DNA from: Candidatus Omnitrophota bacterium
GTDB lineage: Bacteria; Omnitrophota; Gorgyraeia; Zapsychrales; JANLHA01
DNA length: 32,000 bases
Reading direction: 5' to 3'
Assembly: GCA_963662715.1 (NCBI GenBank)
Contig: OY759724.1
Coordinates: 2,850,001-2,882,000 of the forward strand
Positions 16,691-24,584 of this stretch are shown here, piece by piece (within the stretch, counting starts at the first letter, position 1; each line of letters opens with the position of its first letter). The position numbers and the translations under genes are program-made. The notes beneath the pieces are model-generated. The model saw only the letters and a list, made by a program, of their open reading frames with translations, did not search any database and had not been told where the DNA came from.

Positions 16691-18220
16691 ATGAAAATCG
16701 CTTTTGTCAATGATTGTATTGAACGGCTCGGCGTCGAATATATTTCCGCTCTTCTGAAGAACGCGGGACACGACGTTAAGCTTTTCGTCGATCCGCAGCT
16801 GTTTGATGATGTCCATATTCATCACAAGGCGTTAAACCGATATTTCGACCACAAGCAAAAGATCATCGCGGACCTGCTGGAATACCGGCCGGACCTGATC
16901 GCTTTCTCCGTGGACACAGAATCCTATGCCTGGGCCAGCGGCATGGCCCGGGCCGTTAAATCCCGCATGGAGGCGCCTGTTATATTTGGCGGGATCCACC
17001 CTTCATCCGTTCCTGACCATGTCATCAGGAACGACGCCGTCGATATCCTGTGCGTCGGCGAGGGGGAATACCCCATGCTGGAACTTGCGGAAAGCATGGC
17101 CAGAGGGGAAATGGACACACATATTAGCAATTTGTGGTTTAAACAGCAGGGAAAGATTGTCAGAAATCCTCTGCGCCCGTTGCTCAAGGACCTCGATGTT
17201 CTGCCTTACGCCGATCATGATCTTTTCTACAGTCACAGCCCGTATTTTCAGCAAGGGTACGGCACCATAGTCTCCCGGGGGTGCCCTTACACTTGCAGTT
17301 ACTGCTGTCATTCCTATTTGCGCAAGCTCTATCAGGCAAACGGGACATATCTCCGTCTGCGCAGCGTGAGTAATGTGATTGAAGAATTGAAAGATCATGT
17401 GGCGAAATATGATGTCGGGACGATCACTTTTTTTGATGATAATTTCGGCTATAATTTCAAATGGCTGGAAGAATTTTCCCGTGAATATGCCCGGGCCATT
17501 AAGAAAAGGTTTAAAGTGACGACTCATCCGGAGATTGTGTCCCGCGAATATATCCGTCTGCTGAAAGACGCGGGCTGCTGTTCGGTGGATCTGGGCATCC
17601 AGTCCTGGGATCGGCAGGTGAGACGCTATTGGTTCCAGAGAGATGTTGAAACAGGCGTGATGCGGCGGGCGATGGAGCTTATCAAAGAAGCACGCCTGGA
17701 ATTGATCTGCGATAATATTTTTAACGTCCCTGCGCAGGATGATGAACAGTATATTCAGACGCTGTTGCCGTATACGGATATTAAACCGCATCGGATCATA
17801 TTTAACCAGTTGAAATATTATCCCGGCGTGGCCATCACCGAAAAGGCCAAAAGGGAGGGGTTCATCGGCGAGGAAAGATACCGCATGATATTGGACGGGG
17901 CGGATCAAAAGGGGGTTTATTTGGACGAAGTCGTGCTGAAAGAGCGGGAACGGAAGAGTTTTGTTAAAATGAAAGTTTTTTTGTATCTCATGGATTGTTT
18001 CCCCAAGAAATTTTCCCGCTATGTCATCATGAAAAAGATTTACCGTTATTTCCCCGGTATTTTTAACCCGGCGTTTTTTCTGATGTTCCGGACCCTTTTT
18101 TCCTCTGATTCCGACACGCAATATTTAAAACAAAGAACCTTGGCGAGATACCGTTATCATATCGGCAGACGGCTAAGGTTGAAATTATTTTCAAGGAGAC
18201 ATAATGAACAGTCAAAGTGA
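16691..18220 (+). CDS. B12-binding-domain radical SAM protein, tandem paralog 4
   Basis: 509 aa. MKIAFVNDCIERLGVEYISALLKNAGH, FGGIHPSSVPDHVI, LCVGEGEYPMLEL, SRGCPYTCSYCC. VIMKKIYRYFPGIFNPAFFLMF tail. Confidence 0.85.
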   Translation: MKIAFVNDCIERLGVEYISALLKNAGHDVKLFVDPQLFDDVHIHHKALNRYFDHKQKIIADLLEYRPDLIAFSVDTESYAWASGMARAVKSRMEAPVIFGGIHPSSVPDHVIRNDAVDILCVGEGEYPMLELAESMARGEMDTHISNLWFKQQGKIVRNPLRPLLKDLDVLPYADHDLFYSHSPYFQQGYGTIVSRGCPYTCSYCCHSYLRKLYQANGTYLRLRSVSNVIEELKDHVAKYDVGTITFFDDNFGYNFKWLEEFSREYARAIKKRFKVTTHPEIVSREYIRLLKDAGCCSVDLGIQSWDRQVRRYWFQRDVETGVMRRAMELIKEARLELICDNIFNVPAQDDEQYIQTLLPYTDIKPHRIIFNQLKYYPGVAITEKAKREGFIGEERYRMILDGADQKGVYLDEVVLKERERKSFVKMKVFLYLMDCFPKKFSRYVIMKKIYRYFPGIFNPAFFLMFRTLFSSDSDTQYLKQRTLARYRYHIGRRLRLKLFSRRHNEQSK

Positions 18221-19544
18221 CAGAATGATCCGGGAAACGCAAAGTCTATGCCCGGTGTGCGGCCGTAAAATCCAGGCGGCTATTGTCGAGTCGGAAGGCC
18301 GTGTTTATTTGAAAAAAAACTGCGGCGAGCACGGCATGTTCCGGATCAGGGTTTCCAGGCACGCCTGGTACTACAAGGCGCTGACGGACTATTATTTCAG
18401 GGTTATGCCGGAGACTATGCCTCAAAAACGTTTTTATATTTATTTCAGCAACCGCTGCAATCTGCATTGCCCGATCTGTCTGCTGGAGCCCAACCAGGAT
18501 AAAATGGCGGATATCGATCTGGAACGTTTTAAAAAGGTTATCAGGGAAAACCCGAAGTTCCGTTATTACATTTACGGCGCGGAGCCGACATTGCGTCAGG
18601 ATCTGCCGGAGTGGATCCGGCTGCTGAAAGATTACGGGAATATGGTCAATATTCACAGTAACGGCATTAAGCTGGATGATTTTGAATATTTGCAGGAACT
18701 GCAGGCATGCGGGCTGGATTATCTGAGCCTGCAGTTTGACGGTTTTGACGATGATATTTATCTCCGGTTGAGAAACCAGAAGCTGCTGGACAGGAAAATG
18801 AAAGTCCTGGAAAATCTGGAAAAGCTGAATATCCCTACCGGGCTGAATGTCACAATCGCCAAAAACGTCAACGAAGCCCAGGTGAAGCCCATTATTGATT
18901 ATGCCGTTAAAAGGCCGTTTATCCGGGATGTGAGTTTCGCCTCGGTGTCCTTCCTGGGGGATGCGGAAAAGAATTTTTCTGCCGAAGATCTGCTCATGCC
19001 GGACGACTTGGTCGACATGGCCGAGGAGCAAACTCAGGGGGAGATTTCCCGGCGCAGTATGTATCTGTTTCAAAAGTTATATTATGCCGTTTTATCTGTT
19101 TTTAACATCCGGCGCTGTTATAATTTTCACCATATGGCCCTGGTGCGTGACCGGCAAGGTTACCAGACATTTGATGCCCTGTTTGATTTGGCGGATTTTG
19201 AAAAGGTCCTGGACAGATATTCTCAATGGGCGGGGAAAAGCAAAACCAAAGCCTCGTTATATTTCTGGGGGCAGCTTGTGCTGAATATGTTGACCAAAAA
19301 GCCCTTTGAAAAATTAAAGACTCTGCCGCTCAACATGCTTCTGCCGGGGAATATCCGAAGCCCCAAGATCCCGTCGAAAATCTTGCTGGTCAGCTTCGGA
19401 ACGGTTTGCGACAAGTATAAATATGATTCCGGTATTTCCAAATACTGCGGACAGGGTTTTGTATTCAATCAAAATGAGGATATCGTTTTGTCCGATTCGA
19501 TATCCGATGTGACGCTTTTACGTGAGGACCGGCAGTGTTTGTAG
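18204..19544 (+). CDS. Radical SAM protein with N-terminal CxxC...CxxH metal knuckle (COG1964 / Tes-GDGT-MAS-like architecture), paralog C
   Basis: 446 aa. C16-P-V-C19-x20-C40-G-E-H43. NRCNLHCPIC. LSLQFDGF and ENLEKLNIPTGLNVTIAK. RCYNFHH and CDKYKYDSGISKYC. AAGGAG SD at 18193-18198. 17-nt overlap with the upstream gene. Confidence 0.8.
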   Translation: MNSQSDRMIRETQSLCPVCGRKIQAAIVESEGRVYLKKNCGEHGMFRIRVSRHAWYYKALTDYYFRVMPETMPQKRFYIYFSNRCNLHCPICLLEPNQDKMADIDLERFKKVIRENPKFRYYIYGAEPTLRQDLPEWIRLLKDYGNMVNIHSNGIKLDDFEYLQELQACGLDYLSLQFDGFDDDIYLRLRNQKLLDRKMKVLENLEKLNIPTGLNVTIAKNVNEAQVKPIIDYAVKRPFIRDVSFASVSFLGDAEKNFSAEDLLMPDDLVDMAEEQTQGEISRRSMYLFQKLYYAVLSVFNIRRCYNFHHMALVRDRQGYQTFDALFDLADFEKVLDRYSQWAGKSKTKASLYFWGQLVLNMLTKKPFEKLKTLPLNMLLPGNIRSPKIPSKILLVSFGTVCDKYKYDSGISKYCGQGFVFNQNEDIVLSDSISDVTLLREDRQCL

Positions 19545-19577
19545 TGCGAAACGTTTTTTATTACCGAGCGGGGTACG

Positions 19578-21098
19578 ATGAAAATAGCCTTTGTGAATGA
19601 TTCCTGTGAACGTTTGGGGGTGGGGTATATTGCCGCCCTTTTAAGATCCCGCGGGCATGAGGTCCGGATATATATTGACCCGCAATATTTTAAAGACGAA
19701 AATATCAACATCAAATATCTGCAGAATATTTGTGATCGTCAGGCCCGGCTGATATCCCGTCTCAAAACCTATAACCCCGACCTTATCGGCTTTTCTGTTG
19801 TCTCCGATTTTTACCCCTGGGCCTGTGCCTTGGCGCAGTCCATTAAACGGGAGATGGCCGCGCCGATCATCTTTGGGGGGATTCATCCGTCTTCCGTCCC
19901 GGACCGCGTTATTCAGAAAGATTTTGTGGATATGGTCTGTGTGGGGGAGGGGGAATACCCCATGCTGGAGCTTGCGGAGAGCCTGGAACGGGGCAAGATA
20001 GATACTTCGATCAAAAATATCTGGTTTAAAAAGAACGGTACGGTCATAAAGAATGAACAGCGCCTTTTACTGACCGACCTGGACCGGCTCCCGTTTCCGG
20101 AAAAAGATCTTTTTTACGCCTCGAGCCCGTATCTGTCGCGGTGTTACTATATTATGGCGAGCCGGGGATGCGCGTATTCCTGCAGTTACTGCTGTCATTC
20201 CTACCTCAGACAAATGTGTCAGGGGAAAGGCCCGTACTTCAGGCAAAGAAGCGTTGATAATGTCTTGGCGGAACTGATTGAAGCTAAAAACAGGTACCCG
20301 GTCAAGTATGTGAGATTTTTTGACGACAGCCTGGGACTGAATCTCAAATGGCTTAAGGAATTTTCTGAAAAATACCCGAAAACCGTGGGGCTGCCTTTCA
20401 TGTGTTATATGTATCCCAGCCATATTTCAGAGGTGACGGCGCACTACCTGAAACAGGCCGGGTGCTGCGAAGTGGAGATCGGTGTTCAGAGTCTTAACGA
20501 GGATTTAAGCCGGAATGTTTTGCATCGCAACCTGTCTGAACAGCAGATCGCGCAAGCTATCGATATCCTTAAAAAGGAAAAAATCCGCCTGGTGGCGGAT
20601 AACATTGTCGGCCTGCCCGGACAGGAAGAATCGGATATCCTTCATATGGCGGAATTTTACAATAAACGGAGAGTGAACAGGATTTATTTTTTCTGGCTGC
20701 GTTATTATCCCGGAACAGTGATTGCGGAATATGCCAAAGAACAGGGGTACCTGAGTGAAGAAGAATATAACAGCATCATGGACGGTCGGCCGAGCCGGCC
20801 TTTTTCAAGGGGAGGGAATACTCTGAACCGAAAATGGCTGGGCCTGCAATTTCTGTTATTTCTTCTTCCTTTTCTCCCGCCACGGATTGTGAACTGGATC
20901 ATCGAGAAAAAGATTTACAGGCATTTTAATAAAATCCGTTCTCCGGGGATTTTTACCGCCCTGACAAGTTTGTTCTCAACAGCGTATAATGATAAAATTC
21001 TTATCAGGCGGGAACTGGCCCGTTACAGCTGTTTGTTTAAAAGGCTGCGTGAACCTCAAAAAACGAAAAAAAATCTCCAACGGCCTCCTGTTTTTTAA
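19578..21098 (+). CDS. B12-binding-domain radical SAM protein, tandem paralog 5
   Basis: 506 aa. MKIAFVNDSCERLGVGYIAALLRSRGH, FGGIHPSSVPDRVI, VCVGEGEYPMLEL, SRGCAYSCSYCC. IIEKKIYRHFNKIRSPGIFTAL tail. Confidence 0.85.
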   Translation: MKIAFVNDSCERLGVGYIAALLRSRGHEVRIYIDPQYFKDENINIKYLQNICDRQARLISRLKTYNPDLIGFSVVSDFYPWACALAQSIKREMAAPIIFGGIHPSSVPDRVIQKDFVDMVCVGEGEYPMLELAESLERGKIDTSIKNIWFKKNGTVIKNEQRLLLTDLDRLPFPEKDLFYASSPYLSRCYYIMASRGCAYSCSYCCHSYLRQMCQGKGPYFRQRSVDNVLAELIEAKNRYPVKYVRFFDDSLGLNLKWLKEFSEKYPKTVGLPFMCYMYPSHISEVTAHYLKQAGCCEVEIGVQSLNEDLSRNVLHRNLSEQQIAQAIDILKKEKIRLVADNIVGLPGQEESDILHMAEFYNKRRVNRIYFFWLRYYPGTVIAEYAKEQGYLSEEEYNSIMDGRPSRPFSRGGNTLNRKWLGLQFLLFLLPFLPPRIVNWIIEKKIYRHFNKIRSPGIFTALTSLFSTAYNDKILIRRELARYSCLFKRLREPQKTKKNLQRPPVF

Positions 21099-21136
21099 AG
21101 AAATGTTGGCCTTTTGAAAAGAAAGTTTCTGCATCC

Positions 21137-22747
21137 ATGCGAAAATTCAATTTGTTAGCCGTTTTCTTGAAATACCGCATCCTGTTGCTCGTATTGCTGT
21201 TGATTGATATTCTACGAAATCCTTTTTATCTTAATTTTGTTGAGTCCTCGGACCGCCTGCGGGAATTCTCCAAATACATTTTCTTGAGATCAGCCGTTTT
21301 AAATCAAATTATTGACAACGGGGTAACGGTTTTAAATAAGCAATTTCATTTGTTGCAGGGTGCGTTCACCAATATTTTGCTTTATTTCGGCGGCTATGTT
21401 TTGCTGTGTGTCATCTCTGCGGTTTCCCGGAAGAATGCGGACCGCCGCGCCCATCCGTCCCTTGTCCCGGGAATACTGATTATCCTGTGGTCTTTTATTT
21501 ACGTTTTTTGTCTGAAGGATTTTCCTCCCGGCATAAGTTTCTGCCTTATGGCCTGTATGGTCGGGGTTGCGGGCATGGATTTCATCCTTTTTTTCAGGGA
21601 AGGTTTTTTCGATAATAAATCTAATAAAAACATTTTTGCCGGTTTTTTTACGTCCGTTATTTTTCTGAGTGAATTGTTCTGCGCCCCGCTCTATTGGCAA
21701 TTTTTATGTGTGTTGCAGGGGAAGAAATTCCCGAAAAAGATTTCCGTTGTTATTCAGCACGGGCATTTTATGCTCTTTATGGCTGTGGCGCTGATTTTCC
21801 TGTCTCCCCTTGAGAGCCCGTCCATTATTGAGATGCGACAGATCAAAAAAGGCCAGTACTATGGTCTGCAGTATTATAAGGATAATATCCTGGTGGCGCT
21901 TAATGATTTCGAAGGACAGGTGGAACGTATCCACGTGGGTCATGATGTGTCTACAAAGGTCATTTACCGTTCGACGTTTCCCCGGGGCACGGAGGAGGCC
22001 ATGGGGGAGAGGCTGGCTTTGAGCCCTGAGAGAGAAGAGGTGTATTTTACGGACAGGAAACAAAGCCAGCTGATCGTTGCGGATGACCGCAGTCAGAAAA
22101 TAAAAGCAATGATTTCTTCCGATGTCTTCGATATGGGGGATAATGCTCTTGCTTACATGAACGGTCACGTTTATGGACTTACGGAAGAAAAACTGTGCGT
22201 TTATAAAATTGATATGTCGAGCGCCGCTCCCCAACATGTCCCGCGTTATTGCATCAATGAAGGAGAGGGAGGGATCATCCTGCCTAACGGGCCGCGTAAT
22301 GTTTTATATGCCGCGAACTGGAATGATCCGGAAAACCGATTTTTTATTTATGAGATTGACGGCCAGACACTGGATATTCACAGACGTTTCCCGATGCCGG
22401 CTGCCGGAGTGGCTATGGCCGCCGAAAACGGCAAAAAACTGTATTGTATCTGGCCAAGGAATCTTTATGTTTTAGATGCCGGGAATTTTCGTGTTGTTGA
22501 TAAAATGAAGCTTTCTTACGGCCTGATGAACACGTTTTCCCTGGATGATACGAATCAATTGGTATTCGGGGCGAACCATTTCACCAATATCATCGAAGTC
22601 ATCGATTTAAAGACCAAGAAAACAGTGCAATATTTCCGGGCGGGGATCGGCAATTCCCATATCAGCAGAATCACGGTTGATGCGGAGAATAAAAATTTTT
22701 ATGCCACGGTATTCCGCGACGGCATTTATATGGGGCATTATGAATAG
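21137..22747 (+). CDS. Polytopic membrane protein (about 6 N-terminal TM segments) with C-terminal beta-propeller-like repeat domain; function unknown
   Basis: 536 aa. Hydrophobic segments include ILLLVLLLIDIL, YFGGYVLLCVISAV, LVPGILIILWSFIYVFCL, FCLMACMVGVAGMDFILFF and FMLFMAVALIFLSPL. The C-terminal ~300 aa carries repeated LY(v)xxxxxxxxxVxVIDxxT-type strands (NVLYAANWND...FFIYEIDGQT; NLYVLDAGNFRVVDKM; NIIEVIDLKTKKTV), as in YVTN/YncE-type propellers. Confidence 0.5.
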   Translation: MRKFNLLAVFLKYRILLLVLLLIDILRNPFYLNFVESSDRLREFSKYIFLRSAVLNQIIDNGVTVLNKQFHLLQGAFTNILLYFGGYVLLCVISAVSRKNADRRAHPSLVPGILIILWSFIYVFCLKDFPPGISFCLMACMVGVAGMDFILFFREGFFDNKSNKNIFAGFFTSVIFLSELFCAPLYWQFLCVLQGKKFPKKISVVIQHGHFMLFMAVALIFLSPLESPSIIEMRQIKKGQYYGLQYYKDNILVALNDFEGQVERIHVGHDVSTKVIYRSTFPRGTEEAMGERLALSPEREEVYFTDRKQSQLIVADDRSQKIKAMISSDVFDMGDNALAYMNGHVYGLTEEKLCVYKIDMSSAAPQHVPRYCINEGEGGIILPNGPRNVLYAANWNDPENRFFIYEIDGQTLDIHRRFPMPAAGVAMAAENGKKLYCIWPRNLYVLDAGNFRVVDKMKLSYGLMNTFSLDDTNQLVFGANHFTNIIEVIDLKTKKTVQYFRAGIGNSHISRITVDAENKNFYATVFRDGIYMGHYE

Positions 22748-22796
22748 AGCCCAAGATGCAAGCGGGGGAAACTTTACAAGAAACGGATGAGGCAAC

Positions 22797-23837
22797 GTGA
22801 GAGAAACGAGAACTCTTTATAAAACAATTATGATGTTTCTTGTCCCGACCTGCCTTACGGTCGTCGTCCTGTATCTGTTATTCAGAAAAGTGGATCTGCC
22901 GATGATGTGGGCTTCTATGCGGCAGATCCATCCTGTGTTTCTTTTAACAGCGTTTTCAATTTCTGTTTTCTGTAACATCGCGGTTTATGCGCTGATTCGG
23001 TGTAAGATATGGCGGATCATGGGCGTTCCGGTCTCTTACCGGGAATCGGTTTTTATCAGGCTGGGAAGCCTGCCGTTTCAGGCGATCCCGACATTTAAAG
23101 ATACCGGCTTAGCCAAGGCCATATACCTGAAAAAATTTTTTGCCATGCCGATGACGGAAGGAGTTCTATCAAATATTATTGCCAATATTTTCAGCGTGAC
23201 GGCAATAATATCTTTGGCGGTCGCCGGCGCTCTGGCGAACGGAATCAATGTGATGCATATGTCTCAGATCAACCAGCCGCTTCTGCTCAGAGTGGTCCCG
23301 GTTATCGGGGTGATCAGCTTCGTCCTTTATGCGTTTTATTTTCATCAGCCCTTTGGGAAAAAAATGCTTTTTCATGTCTGCTTCAAAAGAAACCCGGACC
23401 TGTACCGTATTTTTGAAAAAAATATGCATCTCTGGAAAAAACTTCCCGGGGTCCGGCTCTTCAGCTTTTTTGCCCTGGCCCTTGCTTTTAAGTTAGCCGA
23501 GGTGTCTATTTTTTTTGTCTTAGCGCAGGCGTATTCTTTGAATATCCCCTTTTCGGCTATTTTACTTTTTGTCCCTTTGGCCATGATTATCAGCGAGTCG
23601 CCGGCCAATATCTCCGGACTTGGGGTCAGGGAAGGGGCCCTTGTGCTGTTTTTCTGGAATTTTGCGGCCAAGGAAACCCTTGTGGCCATGGCTGTGCTGG
23701 TTTTTGTTTTTAACCGGCTCTGTCCGTTAATACTGGGACTTGTGTTTTGTTATCCGTTTTTTTCCAGGTTAGGGGTATCATGGAAAAGCGTCAGGGCCAT
23801 GGCGGGCCGGGAAGGAATAAATTCATTTTCTACATAA
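22797..23837 (+). CDS. Flippase-like / lysyl-PG-synthase-TM (UPF0104) family integral membrane protein
   Basis: 346 aa with a GTG start (GAGG 5 nt upstream). N-terminus LLFRKVDLPMMWASMRQIHPVFLLTAFSISVF...RCKIWRIM and a multi-TM body. It includes SESPANISGLGVREGALVLFF, typical of this family, which is often adjacent or fused to GT2 enzymes. Confidence 0.6.
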   Translation: MRETRTLYKTIMMFLVPTCLTVVVLYLLFRKVDLPMMWASMRQIHPVFLLTAFSISVFCNIAVYALIRCKIWRIMGVPVSYRESVFIRLGSLPFQAIPTFKDTGLAKAIYLKKFFAMPMTEGVLSNIIANIFSVTAIISLAVAGALANGINVMHMSQINQPLLLRVVPVIGVISFVLYAFYFHQPFGKKMLFHVCFKRNPDLYRIFEKNMHLWKKLPGVRLFSFFALALAFKLAEVSIFFVLAQAYSLNIPFSAILLFVPLAMIISESPANISGLGVREGALVLFFWNFAAKETLVAMAVLVFVFNRLCPLILGLVFCYPFFSRLGVSWKSVRAMAGREGINSFST

Positions 23838-23855
23838 AAAGGCCATTGTTGATTC

Positions 23856-24584
23856 ATGCTAAATCAAACGATTTCTCTGGTTGTTCCTGTTTATAATGAG
23901 GCGGAAATCATCGCGGAAACAGTTGCCGTTTTTGACGACGCCTTAAGGAGCATCTGCCGGGATTACGAAATCATTATCGTGGACGACGGAAGCGTTGATG
24001 AAACCCCGGGGATTCTTCAGCGCCTCTGTTCCCAGCACGTTCGTTTAAAGATTATGCATAATTCTGCCAATATCGGAAGCGGGGCCAGCCTTTGGCGGGG
24101 CTTTCAGCAGGCGGGCAAAGACCTTGTCGTCAGCAATTTCGCGGACAGGCCTTTTGATGTTACGGAGCTGGGAAGAATTATCCCGTCCGTTGATTTCAGC
24201 GCCACAGACTTCGTCGTGGTTGTCCGGCAGGACAGAAGCGCAAACACACCCTATCGTAAGATCACGTCTTTGACGAATTATTGGCTTATCCGATGCCTTT
24301 TCCGAATTGAGATTTCTGATTTCCAATTTGTGCAGATTTACAGGCGGGACATCCTGAAGGGCGTTCGCATTGACTCCCAGGAAACATTTGTTCCCCCCGA
24401 GCTTATGATCAGGCTGATTCAAAAGGGATATCGGTATCAGGAGGTTGTTTCTTCTTTTTATAGACGGCCCGGGGGCCAGCCCAAGTGCGGTCATCCCGGG
24501 AAAATCATGAAAAGTATATTTGATATTTTAAAATTTTGGATATCCTGGGAAATCTTGGGGAAAAAGGACGGAGGGGAGCGATGA
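23856..24584 (+). CDS. Family 2 glycosyltransferase (polyprenyl-phosphate sugar synthase-like: DPM1/GtrB/CsbB/ArnC type), short form without C-terminal TM helices
   Basis: 242 aa. ISLVVPVYNEAEIIAETV...YEIIIVDDGSVDETPGIL...NSANIGSGASLWRGF is the GT-A N-terminal signature. Confidence 0.8.
   Translation: MLNQTISLVVPVYNEAEIIAETVAVFDDALRSICRDYEIIIVDDGSVDETPGILQRLCSQHVRLKIMHNSANIGSGASLWRGFQQAGKDLVVSNFADRPFDVTELGRIIPSVDFSATDFVVVVRQDRSANTPYRKITSLTNYWLIRCLFRIEISDFQFVQIYRRDILKGVRIDSQETFVPPELMIRLIQKGYRYQEVVSSFYRRPGGQPKCGHPGKIMKSIFDILKFWISWEILGKKDGGER

Noticed and set aside
17003-18121. 372-aa antisense ORF inside B12-rSAM paralog 4. Similar long antisense ORFs lie at 18246-19073 (275 aa), 30524-31234 (236 aa), 6069-6701 (210 aa), 15572-16132 (186 aa), 586-1128 (180 aa) and 21704-22237 (177 aa).
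   Set aside because: Each lies wholly within a sense-strand gene that has strong family motifs. Their translations are low-complexity, Arg/Pro/Gly/Phe-rich and motif-free. No plausible SD or intergenic promoter is present. These are typical shadow ORFs produced by codon bias.
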